Positions 49,289-58,869 of a DNA stretch of 64,000 nucleotides are shown piece after piece. A program made the position numbers and the translations under genes. Position 1 is the first letter of the stretch. The number at the start of each line of letters is the position of its first letter. The DNA is from an uncultured Gemmatimonadales bacterium (GTDB lineage: Bacteria; Gemmatimonadota; Gemmatimonadetes; Gemmatimonadales; GWC2-71-9). The stretch lies in assembly GCA_963831425.1 (NCBI GenBank), contig CAWHQC010000031.1, positions 410,252 through 474,251 of the forward strand. Direction: 5' to 3'. The notes below the pieces were generated by a model that was given only the letters and a program-made list of their open reading frames with translations, searched no databases and was not told the origin of the DNA.

Positions 49289-49400
49289 ATGCGCTGCCTG
49301 CTCCTCATCCTGGCAATCGCCCTGACCGTACCTCCCTTCGCGGGAGCCATTCCAGCCTTCGCGCGCCAGCACGGGTTCTCGCTGTACAACCTGGTCAGAG
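49289..49400 (+). pseudogene. Remnant N-terminus of an IPAFAR...CxxCH outer-membrane/cytochrome protein
   Basis: Signal peptide plus AIPAFARQHGFS; removing two single bases gives CTTCQ; no continuation downstream. Confidence 0.45.
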
Positions 49401-49733
49401 TGCGACGCACTGGACCCTGGGATTCGTCTCAGCGTTCCAGGGCGATCGCCTTCCTCAGCGGCTCTCCAGCCGGTACATCGCGTCACGCGTTGCGGCGACC
49501 GGTGAGCTGTCCCAGGCGCCGAGTTGCCCGTCGCGCCCGCTTCCAGCACGCCTTGGACGGACTGGAGCATGCCGCGCATCTTGGCGAGGACCGCTTCTCA
49601 AGCGGCGATCGGGAGCGTCAGAGTGCGGCGGTGGAGGCGAGGTGATCGGTCGGATTGAGACAACCGTCACGCCGGGAGCCCGGCGGGAGGGGCGATCGTT
49701 GCATTCAGTGAGCGAATGGGAGCACGGTGCGCG

Positions 49734-50861
49734 ATGACAACTGCAGACGTCGAGTCCACGGAAGCCACGGATGCCGGCGAGCTCACCGGCGAGCTCACCG
49801 GCGAACGGGTCCGCGAGGTGCTGGCCACAGTCCGCTACCCGGGGCTCAGCCGAGATCTCGTCTCCTTCGGGATGGTGGAGCAGGTGAGCGTCTGCGACCG
49901 GCGGGTGAAAGTCCGGCTCGCGATCGCAACCCGGGATCCGGGCATCCCCACGCAGCTCCGAACCCGCATTGCCGACGCGCTCCTCCCACTGGGCGCCACG
50001 ACCGTCGCGGTCGAGATCGCCCCCCCGAGCTCGACGCCGAAGCCCGCGGCGCGCGGCACGCCGGACCCGTGGGCGGAGCAGGTCCGGCTCGCCGCGGTGC
50101 GGCATGTGGTGGCGGTGGGTGCGGGCAAGGGTGGCGTGGGGAAGAGCACGGTCGCGGCGAATCTGGCACTGCTGCTGGCACGGGAGGGACTGCGCGCTGG
50201 CCTGTTGGACGCCGACATCTACGGTCCGAGCCTGCCGCTGCTGCTGGGGATCGAGGACGGTGCCGGGCTCGTCCGGATGACGCCGGACAAGCACATCCTG
50301 CCGCTCGAGGCGCACGGGCTCCCGCTCATCAGCTTCGGCTTCTTCCTCGGCGAAGGCTCGCCCGCGATCTGGCGCGGACCGATGGTCTCGAAGGCGGTGA
50401 AGCAGTTCTCGCGCGGCGTGGCGTGGCCCGAGCTCGACGTGCTGGTCGTGGACCTCCCGCCCGGTACGGGCGACATCCCGCTCAGCCTGGCGCAGGCCGT
50501 CGTGCTGTCCGGCGCGATCGTGGTCACCCAGCCGGCCCGGGTGGCCACCGCGGAGGCGCGAAAGGCGGCCCAGATGTTCCAGACACTCGACGTGCCGGTA
50601 CTCGGCATCGTGGAGAACATGACCGGGGCGTTCGGGCGCGGAGCAGGCGCGGCGATCGCGGCCGAGCTGGCGGTGCCGTTCCTCGGCTCGGTTCCGTTCG
50701 ACGAAGGCATCGTGGCGGAGGGCGACGCCGGGATTCCGACGGCGTTGGCACGGCCGGACAGCGGGGCTGCCCGCGCGATGGAAGCCGTCGCACACGCCGT
50801 CGCCTCGGCACTGGGGTGGCAGCACGTGGCCGACGCGCCGACATCCGGAGGCGAGCGATGA
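49734..50861 (+). CDS. mrp: Mrp/ApbC-family P-loop ATPase with N-terminal DUF59 domain
   Basis: GKGGVGKST, DADIYGPS, IWRGPM, DLPPGTGD, GIVENM. Confidence 0.92.
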   Translation: MTTADVESTEATDAGELTGELTGERVREVLATVRYPGLSRDLVSFGMVEQVSVCDRRVKVRLAIATRDPGIPTQLRTRIADALLPLGATTVAVEIAPPSSTPKPAARGTPDPWAEQVRLAAVRHVVAVGAGKGGVGKSTVAANLALLLAREGLRAGLLDADIYGPSLPLLLGIEDGAGLVRMTPDKHILPLEAHGLPLISFGFFLGEGSPAIWRGPMVSKAVKQFSRGVAWPELDVLVVDLPPGTGDIPLSLAQAVVLSGAIVVTQPARVATAEARKAAQMFQTLDVPVLGIVENMTGAFGRGAGAAIAAELAVPFLGSVPFDEGIVAEGDAGIPTALARPDSGAARAMEAVAHAVASALGWQHVADAPTSGGER

Positions 50862-52179
50862 CGCCGGCAGCGCCGGCAGCGCCTGCCCGACCGGCCTCCA
50901 CACCGGGACCCGGCGCGCCCGGCGGGCTCGCGCCCGCCGCGGGATCCATCCGCCTGGCGGCGGAACACTTCGTTGCCGCGGCGCTCTATCTGCTGGCCGG
51001 GGCACTCGGACTCCTCTGGGTGGCGCCGGAGCTCGCGGGCGGCGCGTACCTCTCGCCGCACGTGGCCGGGATCACCCACCTCTTCACCCTCGGCTGGCTC
51101 ACGATGACGGTCTTCGGGGCGCTCTGCCAGCTCCTGCCGGTGTCACTGGGCACGCCGGTGCGCTCGACCCGTCTGGCCCATGCGGGCTTCTGGGCGTTCG
51201 CGCCCGGTGTCGGCCTCTTCGCGGCCGGCGTCGCCACCAGTGAGGTGGCGCTGCACCACGCCGGGATTCTCCTCGTGGCCACCGGCATTCTGCTCGTACT
51301 GTCGAACGTGGGCAGCGCGCTCCCGCGGGCCCGCACGCGGGACGTGACCTGGGCCGCGATTGCACTGGCGCTCGGCTTCCTCGCGTCCACGCTGGTGCTC
51401 GGCATCGTCCTGCTGCACAACCTGCACACGGGCTTCATCGCCGGCGCGCGGGAGCGCGTTCTCGCGACCCACCTGCACGTCGCGATCGTGGGCTGGCTGC
51501 TGCTGATGATCGTGGGCGTGTCGCACCGGCTGCTGCCGATGTTCCTGCTCTCGCACGGGGCGGACACGTCGTGGACCCGGCGGGCGCTCGCGCTCCTGGC
51601 GTGGGGCGTGGTGGTGCTCGGGACGGGGCTCACCCTGCAGCAGCCCGCCGCGGCGTGGGCCGGCGCGCTGCTGCTGCTCGGCGGCCTCGGCTGCTTCTTT
51701 CGCCAGGCGTACGGGTTCTACCGGGCACGGGTCCGGAAGAAGCTCGACGTCGGCATGCGCTTCGTCGCGACCGCGCTCGCCTTCCTGGCCACGAGCGCGC
51801 TCCTGGGCGTGGCGCTGCTGGCGTCGGGCGCGGCGCACCCGCGCTTGGCCACGGCGTACGTGCTCACCGGCCTGCTCGGAGGGATCGTGCTCTACGTCAT
51901 CGGGTTCTTCTACAAGATCGTACCGCTCCTCGCCTGGACGGCCCGGTTTCGCGGCCGCATGGGGAAGGAGCCGGTGCCGACGGTCGCCCAGCTCTATTCG
52001 GCGCGGTTGGGCTACGTGCAGCTCGGGCTCATGGCCGGTGGGGTGGCGATGCTGAGCGCCGGCACCGCCGCCGGCTCCGCGCACGCCGCCCGCTGCGGCG
52101 GGGTCCTCTTCCTGGGCGGGGTGCTCGTGTTCCGGCCCAGCTCGGGCGCGTCGCCCGAGGGCGGGGAGCGGCGGCATGA
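50858..52179 (+). CDS. Polytopic membrane protein with His-bearing helices (NnrS/heme-copper subunit I-like); frameshift near 52130
   Basis: About 12 hydrophobic segments; THLFTLGW, HLHVAIVGW, LLPMF, YKIVP; ATGA overlaps with both neighbours. Confidence 0.75.
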
Positions 52180-53060
52180 GCGGCGGCATCGGAGTGCGGC
52201 CGGTAGCGGCCGGCGACCGGGTCAGCGACGTGCTCGCGCGCGACGAAGCGCTGGTGGAAGTGTTCGTGCGCCGGTCGCACCACTTCACCAAGTTGCGCAA
52301 CCGGACCATGCGCAAGATCATGGCGCGGCTGGTCACCGTGGAGGATGCGGCCCGGATCGCGGGCGCCGACGCGGCGGCGCTCGTCGAAGAGCTCAACGCG
52401 GCGCTGGGGATCGCGCCGGATTCCGTGACGCCCATCTCCGCCGTCGACGAGGCGCGCGCCCTCCCTTCGGTCCCTCCCCCGGCGAGCGCCGCGCGCGGAC
52501 GCCCCGGCGGCGCGCCGGTCGGCGCAACGGTCGTGGAGGTCGATGTGCGGGAGGACCTTCGCGCCGGCCGGGAGCCATTCTCCAGGATCATGGCGGCGGT
52601 CCAGGCGGCGGGCGCCGGCGAGGTGCTGTGGCTCCGCGCGACCTTCGAGCCGGTGCCGCTCTATACCGTACTCGCCAAGCGTGGATTCCTGCACGAGGCG
52701 AGCGCGGAGGGCCCGGAGGACTGGTCGGTCTGGTTCTGGCGGCCCGAGACGTCCGGCGGAGAGCCGGCCGCCGCGGCCCCGCCGCCGGCGGAAGCTGCCG
52801 ATGCGGAAGCTGCTTCGGAGGCTTCGCGGGAACCGGCCTCCGCAACGGTCCGACTCGACGTGCGCGGCCTCGAGCCGCCGGAACCGATGGTTCGCACTCT
52901 CACGGCACTGGAGACGCTGCCGGAGGGACATGCGCTGGTACAGATCAACGTGCGGGTGCCGCAGTTCCTGCTCCCGATCCTCGCCGAGCGCGGCTATGCG
53001 TGGGAGGTGGACGAATCACCTGCCGACCACGTCGTCGTCCGGATCCGGCGGCGCACTTGA
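52176..53060 (+). CDS. DUF1858 + two DUF2249 domain protein
   Basis: FTKLRN..MRKIMARLVTVEDAA; DVREDLRAGREPFSRIM..TFEPVPLY; LDVRGLEPPEPM..RVPQFL. Confidence 0.8.
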   Translation: MSGGIGVRPVAAGDRVSDVLARDEALVEVFVRRSHHFTKLRNRTMRKIMARLVTVEDAARIAGADAAALVEELNAALGIAPDSVTPISAVDEARALPSVPPPASAARGRPGGAPVGATVVEVDVREDLRAGREPFSRIMAAVQAAGAGEVLWLRATFEPVPLYTVLAKRGFLHEASAEGPEDWSVWFWRPETSGGEPAAAAPPPAEAADAEAASEASREPASATVRLDVRGLEPPEPMVRTLTALETLPEGHALVQINVRVPQFLLPILAERGYAWEVDESPADHVVVRIRRRT

Positions 53061-53138
53061 ACGGATCTTATCCCGATCGCGAGTGAGGGACCCGCTCACA
53101 TCGCGATCATCATCAATGTCAACCAGGAGAATCAACCC

Positions 53139-53372
53139 ATGACCCCACAGACCCTCGAGCTCGATGTTCGCGCGATTCCGCCGCGGGAGAAGCATCCGTC
53201 CATCTTCCGCACGTTCGATGGGCTCTCGAGCGGCCAGGCGATGGTCATCATCAACGATCACGACCCGCGTCCGCTGCGCTACCAGTTCATGGCCGAGCGG
53301 GCCGACAGCTTCGACTGGCAGTACGAGGCGGAGGGGCCGGAGATCTGGCGGGTGCGCATCAGCCGGCGCTGA
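53139..53372 (+). CDS. DUF2249 protein
   Basis: AGGAG RBS; LDVRAIPPREKH..IF..INDHDPRPLRYQF..GPEIWRVRI. Confidence 0.88.
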   Translation: MTPQTLELDVRAIPPREKHPSIFRTFDGLSSGQAMVIINDHDPRPLRYQFMAERADSFDWQYEAEGPEIWRVRISRR

Positions 53373-53406
53373 GCGGCGGTAGGGCCGGCAAATCGCTTGA
53401 GAGGGT

Positions 53407-53539
53407 TGTCATCCTGAGGGAGCGGAGCGACCGAAGGATCTCCTCGAAGTCGCTCGACCCACCCCCGGCAAGATCCCTCGCTTCCGCTCGGGATGACAGA
53501 GCGGGGCGTCGCGATGACAGAGCGGGGCGTCGGGATGAC
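53407..53539. repeat. TGTC-capped palindromic REP-like element plus 21-bp tandem repeats
   Basis: TGTCATCCTGAGGGGAGCGGAGCGACCGAAGGATCT...AGATCCCTCGCTTCCGCTCGGGATGACA; CGxGATGACAGAGCGGGGCGT x2.4 at 53489-53539. Confidence 0.8.
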
Positions 53540-53570
53540 CGAATCGGCTGAGCGATAGACCCGAAGCCCG

Positions 53571-54302
53571 TCAGCCGCCCTCTTGCTCATAGCGCGGCCG
53601 CTCGCCGGGCCGGGCGAGGGTGCGGAGGCGGGACACGTCGGGCAGCAGCAGGCGGCGGCGACCCTGCTCGACCACGAGTCCTTTCTCGCGGAGCTGCTTG
53701 AAGGCGCGGGAAACGGATTCGCGGGCCGTGCCCAGCTCGACCGACAGCGCCTCGCGCGTGCGGTCGAGCGTGACCACCACCCCGCCGGCGCTCTTGGTGC
53801 CGTCGCGGTCGGCCAGGCCGGCCAGATAAAGCGCCAGGCGGGCGGCCACGTCACGGAACGCGAGCGTCTGAGTGAGCTGGACCAGGTGGCGAAGGCGGCG
53901 GCCGAGGTCGCGGATGATCGCATCGGCAACATCGGGGTCGGTGCGGTAGAGCGCCTCGAACTCCGCGCGGGGGACGAACAGCAGCTCGCTCGGCTCCTCC
54001 GTGGTGGCGGAGGCGGGGTAGGGGCCGCCGTCGAACAGCGGCAGCTCGGCCACGGGCTGGCCTGGGCCCTCGGTGTGGAGCACCTGCTCGCGGCCGGAGG
54101 GGCTCGCGCGGTAGATCCGCACCCGGCCGGAGGCGATGACGTAGAGCCCGCGGTACGGCTCGCCGGCGGTGAAGAGCAGGGAGCCGGCGGGATGGCGACG
54201 AAGCACGCTCCGCTGGGCCAGCCGGCGGAGCGCGGCCGGCTCGAACGCGGCGAAGAGCGGGAGCCGCTGCAGCAGGGCGACGGGATCGCCGGCGGGTGAC
54301 AT
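53571..54302 (-). CDS. Crp/Fnr-family regulator (Cys-less, Dnr/NnrR-like)
   Basis: LPLFA, GLYVIASGRVRI, GREQVL, YPASA; HTH ELGTARESVSR (ExxSR). Confidence 0.92.
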   Translation of the reverse strand: MSPAGDPVALLQRLPLFAAFEPAALRRLAQRSVLRRHPAGSLLFTAGEPYRGLYVIASGRVRIYRASPSGREQVLHTEGPGQPVAELPLFDGGPYPASATTEEPSELLFVPRAEFEALYRTDPDVADAIIRDLGRRLRHLVQLTQTLAFRDVAARLALYLAGLADRDGTKSAGGVVVTLDRTREALSVELGTARESVSRAFKQLREKGLVVEQGRRRLLLPDVSRLRTLARPGERPRYEQEGG

Positions 54303-54330
54303 GGAGCGCAATCTATCCGGGGAGGTTTCG

Positions 54331-54639
54331 ATGAGTGAGGCCGAGCAGTCCGCCGATCCGCGCCTCGATGCACTGTGGCAGGCGCTGAGCTCGGTGATCG
54401 ACCCGGAGATCGGGCTCGACATCGTCACGCTGGGGCTGGTGTACGAGCTGGAGATCCGCGACGACGTCGCCCGGATCACCCATACGCTCACCACGCCCGG
54501 CTGCCCGATGGAGAAGATCATCACGGACGGCATCCGGAGCGCGGGGGCAATGGTGGAGGGCGTGCGGGGCGTGGAGACCGAGCTCGTGTGGGAGCCGGCG
54601 TGGCATCCGGGGATGATCGCGGGCGGCGGATTTTCATGA
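54331..54639 (+). CDS. DUF59 metal-sulfur cluster assembly factor (SufT/PaaD-like)
   Basis: GGAGG RBS; VIDPEIGLDIVTLGLVY, TLTTPGCP, VWEPAW. Confidence 0.92.
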   Translation: MSEAEQSADPRLDALWQALSSVIDPEIGLDIVTLGLVYELEIRDDVARITHTLTTPGCPMEKIITDGIRSAGAMVEGVRGVETELVWEPAWHPGMIAGGGFS

Positions 54640-54710
54640 ACCGGGATCCCGCGGCCGGGTGTCCCGGAGGGGTCCAACCGAGGCTATATTACGCGCCCGT
54701 ATAGGTCCCG

Positions 54711-54781
<71 letters not shown>

Positions 54782-55089
54782 CTCGTCGCAGTATTGCCGC
54801 CGCCCGCCATGTTGCCGTATCGCGCTCGTGCTCTGGACACTGTCTGCTGATCCATTCCTTGCGCGTCGGGCCTCTCGATGCTTTCGGCGCCGGTCCTCGG
54901 CCCCGCTGGGGCGGGCCTGGCCGCACGGTCTGCTCGAGATCTCGCCGCTGCCCACACCGTCCATAGCTTCCGCACGCGCCCCGCACTCTACCTCCTCAAT
55001 TGCCGCATCGCTCTCTGGGTCGCTGACGCGGACCGCGAACGCGTCGCGGCCTCCGCGTCGTGCCAGGCACGTATTCCGGGGCGCAAGCC

Positions 55090-56580
55090 ATGTCACTCGA
55101 AGTGACACGACTGGTCGTGGGCGCCGGGGCACGCCGGGCCGCGCATCGGTCGGTTCGTGTCTGGCGCCTCACGCTCTGTCTCGCAATCGCCGGGACAGCC
55201 GCCGGCGCCAGTCGGCTGCCGGCGCAGGCCGAGCACCAACAGCACGACTCGATGGCCGCCCAGGCGACGCGTATCTCGAGCATGCCTGGCATGCCGCCCA
55301 TGGCAGGCATGCCGCAGCGCCCCTTCGGCATTCCCATGACCCGTATGGGGTCGGGCACCACCTGGCTCCCCGACGCGTCCGCCATGCGGGCCTGGCACTT
55401 CACCGCCGGCGCCTGGATGCTGATGGTGCACGGCGACGCATTCCTGCAGTTCGATCATCAGGGTGGCCCCCGAGGGGACGACCAGGTGGGGAGCATCAAT
55501 TGGGGAATGCTGATGGCGATGCGCCAGCTTGCCGGCGGCACGCTGCACCTGCACGGCATGATGAGCGCCGAGCCGCTCACGATCGGCAGGCAGGGCTACC
55601 CGCTGTTGCTGCAGAGCGGCGAGACCTTCCGTGGGGAGCCGCTCCACGACCGGCAGCACCCGCACGACCTGTTCATGGAACTGTCGGCCTTCTACGAGCG
55701 GCCGCTCACCGAGCGACTCGGTTTCATGGTCTACGCCGCGCCGGTGGGCGAGCCGGGGATCGGGCCGGTGGCCTACATGCACCGGCCCTCGGCGCTCAAC
55801 GACCCCTTCGCACCACTGTCGCACCATTGGACCGACGCCACGCACATCACCTATGGAGTCCTCACGGCGGGGCTCTTCACCCGCACGCTCAAGCTGGAAG
55901 GCACGCTGTTCAACGGGCGCGAGCCGGACGAAGATCGCTATGATTTCGACTTCCACCCGCTCGATTCCTACGGACTGCGCCTGTCAGCGAATCCGACGCC
56001 GCACTGGGCCCTGAGCGCGAGCTATGGCCACCTGAAGCAGCCCGAAGGGCTGCATCCCGAGGAGAATCAGCACCGCCTCGGCGCGTCCGTGCTGCACACG
56101 GTACGCCTGGGACGTCAGGTGGAATGGGCATCCGCGCTGATCTACGGGGGCAACAAGCACGTGACGGCAGGGGGCGGGGAGAGCGGGCGCTGGGAGCACA
56201 GCCTCATGGCCGAATCCAACCTGCAGCTCGACGGGGCCAACACGGTCTTCGGCAGGGTCGAGTACGTGCGCAAGAGTGCCGAGGACCTGGTCATTCCCGG
56301 GGCGCCGGGCCAGGAGTTCGACATCGGCACGCTTTCGCTCGGCTACGTTCGCGAGCTCGCCGACTTCCGAGGCGCGACGCTCGGACTCGGCGCCCGCGGT
56401 GCCCTCAATCTGGTACCGCAAACGCTCGAGGGCCTGTACGGGAGCCGGACGCCCGCGGGCATCGCCGTGTTTCTGCGCGTGCGCCCGAGGCTGCTCGAAG
56501 GCGTGCACGCGATGGACGCCGAGATGCACGGCAGCAAAATGGAGGACGACATGGCCGCTCCGGCTATGTCACACCCATAG
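55090..56580 (+). CDS. Met/His-rich putative outer-membrane beta-barrel protein
   Basis: Signal peptide, MPGMPPMAGMP, MGSGTTWLP, HDRQHPHDLFMEL, HHWTDATH; beta-strand pattern; start uncertain. Confidence 0.75.
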   Translation: MSLEVTRLVVGAGARRAAHRSVRVWRLTLCLAIAGTAAGASRLPAQAEHQQHDSMAAQATRISSMPGMPPMAGMPQRPFGIPMTRMGSGTTWLPDASAMRAWHFTAGAWMLMVHGDAFLQFDHQGGPRGDDQVGSINWGMLMAMRQLAGGTLHLHGMMSAEPLTIGRQGYPLLLQSGETFRGEPLHDRQHPHDLFMELSAFYERPLTERLGFMVYAAPVGEPGIGPVAYMHRPSALNDPFAPLSHHWTDATHITYGVLTAGLFTRTLKLEGTLFNGREPDEDRYDFDFHPLDSYGLRLSANPTPHWALSASYGHLKQPEGLHPEENQHRLGASVLHTVRLGRQVEWASALIYGGNKHVTAGGGESGRWEHSLMAESNLQLDGANTVFGRVEYVRKSAEDLVIPGAPGQEFDIGTLSLGYVRELADFRGATLGLGARGALNLVPQTLEGLYGSRTPAGIAVFLRVRPRLLEGVHAMDAEMHGSKMEDDMAAPAMSHP

Positions 56581-56710
56581 CCGGAGTACGTTGAAGCATC
56601 GGGCGGACGCGCAGGAGCTGGATCACCACGGAAGCGGGACGGAGTGATACGAGGTCTTGCATGGCTCTGGGCAGGGCAACCCGAGCGATGAGTGGAGAGC
56701 GCCGCTGATC

Positions 56711-58864
56711 ATGAGTGATCCACACGCGCATCACGCGCCCCACCATGCGCCCTCCACGGCTGGCGAGGCTCCGGCCGAGCCCGGGTACCCCGAGCATCCG
56801 GAGACCGCGCCATCCAGGCGGGGCGAGGGAGGCATGGCCGCCCACGGAGCGCACCACCACGAGGGCCATCCGCCCGGTACCGGGCATGACAAGCACGCCG
56901 GCCACAGCGTCGCGATGTTCCGCGACAAGTTCTGGCTCACCCTGCTCCTGACCGTCCCGACCATCATCTGGGGCCACATGCTCCAGAGTGTGCTCGGGTA
57001 TCGGGCGCCGCAATTCCCCGGCTCGCGCTGGATCCCGCCACTCTTCGGCATCGTGGTCTTCTTCTACGGCGGGTGGCCGTTCATCCAGGGCGCCGTGCGC
57101 GAGCTCCGCGACCGGCTGCCGGGGATGATGACGCTCATCGCGCTGGCCATCACGGTCGCCTTCGGCTTCAGCGCGGCCGTCACGCTGGGCTATCCCGGCA
57201 TGCCGCTCTGGGAAGAGCTCGCGACGCTGGTCACCATTATGCTGCTGGGACACTGGATCGAGATGCGCTCCATCTCCCAGGCCCAGGGCGCTCTGGCCGA
57301 GCTGGTCAAGCTGCTGCCGAACACCGCCACGCGCGTGATAGCGGGCGCAGGTCAGGAACACCTCGAAGAAGTGCCGCTCGCGTCGCTCGACGACCGGGAC
57401 CTGGTGCTGGTCCGGCCCGGCGCCAGCGTGCCCGCGGACGGCGTGGTGCGCTCGGGTCACAGTGCGCTCGACGAGTCGATGATTACCGGTGAGTCCCGCC
57501 TGGTCGACAAGGCCGAGGGCGACACTGTCATCGCGGGCACGGTCAATGGCGGCGGCTCGCTCCGGGTCGCGGTGACCGGGACCGGCGAGCGGACAATGCT
57601 GGCGGGCATCATGCGCCTGGTCGAGCAGGCGCAGACTTCGCGCAGCCGGGCGCAGGCACTGGCCGACCGTGCGGCCTTCTGGCTCACGCTCGTGGCACTC
57701 GCGGCCGGGGCCGTGACGCTGGTCGCGTGGCTCGCCGCAGGCGCGGAGCCGGCCTACGCCGTCGAGCGGCTGGTCACCGTGCTGGTCATCGCCTGTCCGC
57801 ACGCGCTCGGCCTGGCGGTCCCGCTCGTGATCGCGATCTCGACCACGCTCGGTGCGCGGAGCGGCCTCCTGGTCCGCGACCGCCGAGGCCTGGAGGAGGC
57901 GCGGCTGCTCGACGCCGTAGTGTTCGACAAGACCGGCACCCTCACGCTGGGGTCGCACCGGGTGGTCGGCATGCGGATGGCCGCTGGTGTGAGCGACCAG
58001 GAAGCGCTCCGGCTCGCCGCCGCAGTGGAGCGGGATGCGGAGCATCCGATCGCCCGGACCATCCTGGCGAGTGCCCGGGAGCGCAGGCTCGAGATCCCGC
58101 CGGCCGCGGACTTCGTGGCCATCACGGGGCGGGGCGTGCAAGCGGTCGTGGAAGGACGACGCCTGGCCGTGGGCGGCCCCAACCTGCTTCAGGCGGCCGG
58201 ACTCGCTCAGGCCCCCGACCTCCAGGCCTTTACGGGCGAGGCAGCGGCACGCGGCCAGGGAGTCGTGTATCTGCTCGAGGGCGACCGTGTCCTCGCGGCG
58301 TTCGCCGTCGCCGACGCGGTGCGGCCCGAGTCCCGGGAAGCCGTCCGGCGGCTGCACGAGCTGGGGATCGGGGTGGTCATGATGACCGGCGACGCGCAGG
58401 CGGTCGCCGACGCCGTGGCCCGGGAGCTCGGCATCGAGACGGTGTTTGCGCAGGTGCTGCCGGGAGACAAGGCGGCGCGCATCGAGGCGCTGCAGCGCGA
58501 AGGTAAGCGGGTGGCGATGGTGGGTGACGGCGTGAACGATGCGCCCGCGCTGGTGACCGCGGACGTCGGTATCGCCATCGGCGCGGGCACCGACGTGGCG
58601 GTCGAGGCGGGCGACGTGGTGCTGGTTCGGAGCGACCCCCGCGACGTGCCGCGGATCGTGGTGCTGAGCCGCGCGAGCTACCGGAAGATGGTGCAGAACC
58701 TCTGGTGGGCAGCGGGCTACAACATCGTGGCCATCCCACTTGCGGCCGGCGTTCTGGCGCCGATCGGCGTGGTGCTCTCGCCGGCGGTCGGGGCGGTGCT
58801 GATGTCGCTGAGCACCGTGATCGTGGCCGTCAATGCGCAACTGCTCCGGCGGGCGCACGTGTGA
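56711..58864 (+). CDS. copB: Copper-translocating P1B-type ATPase (CopB/P1B-3-like)
   Basis: His-rich N-terminus, TGES, ACPHALGL, DKTGT, EHP, GDGVNDAP, YN and MSLST motifs. Confidence 0.93.
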   Translation: MSDPHAHHAPHHAPSTAGEAPAEPGYPEHPETAPSRRGEGGMAAHGAHHHEGHPPGTGHDKHAGHSVAMFRDKFWLTLLLTVPTIIWGHMLQSVLGYRAPQFPGSRWIPPLFGIVVFFYGGWPFIQGAVRELRDRLPGMMTLIALAITVAFGFSAAVTLGYPGMPLWEELATLVTIMLLGHWIEMRSISQAQGALAELVKLLPNTATRVIAGAGQEHLEEVPLASLDDRDLVLVRPGASVPADGVVRSGHSALDESMITGESRLVDKAEGDTVIAGTVNGGGSLRVAVTGTGERTMLAGIMRLVEQAQTSRSRAQALADRAAFWLTLVALAAGAVTLVAWLAAGAEPAYAVERLVTVLVIACPHALGLAVPLVIAISTTLGARSGLLVRDRRGLEEARLLDAVVFDKTGTLTLGSHRVVGMRMAAGVSDQEALRLAAAVERDAEHPIARTILASARERRLEIPPAADFVAITGRGVQAVVEGRRLAVGGPNLLQAAGLAQAPDLQAFTGEAAARGQGVVYLLEGDRVLAAFAVADAVRPESREAVRRLHELGIGVVMMTGDAQAVADAVARELGIETVFAQVLPGDKAARIEALQREGKRVAMVGDGVNDAPALVTADVGIAIGAGTDVAVEAGDVVLVRSDPRDVPRIVVLSRASYRKMVQNLWWAAGYNIVAIPLAAGVLAPIGVVLSPAVGAVLMSLSTVIVAVNAQLLRRAHV

Positions 58865-58869
58865 GCCGG

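Noticed and set aside
49727-53086. 1119-aa ORF in the track
   Set aside because: Shadow frame merged with the real membrane-protein gene (50858-52179) through a frameshift; both flanks are out-of-frame translations of mrp and the DUF1858 gene.
53083-53116. FNR/CRP box upstream of the small DUF2249 gene (GCGAT-N4-ATCAA; GTGAG-N7-CTCAC)
   Set aside because: Half-site match or wrong spacing, and too close to the start codon for an activator site; not supportable.
53489-53539. CRISPR array
   Set aside because: Only 2.4 units of 21 bp with identical intervening sequence; no cas genes.
56564-58858. Long antisense ORFs (764 aa here; 723 aa at 17895-20066; 514 aa at 5968-7512)
   Set aside because: Typical stop-poor antisense shadows of high-GC genes, with no motifs.
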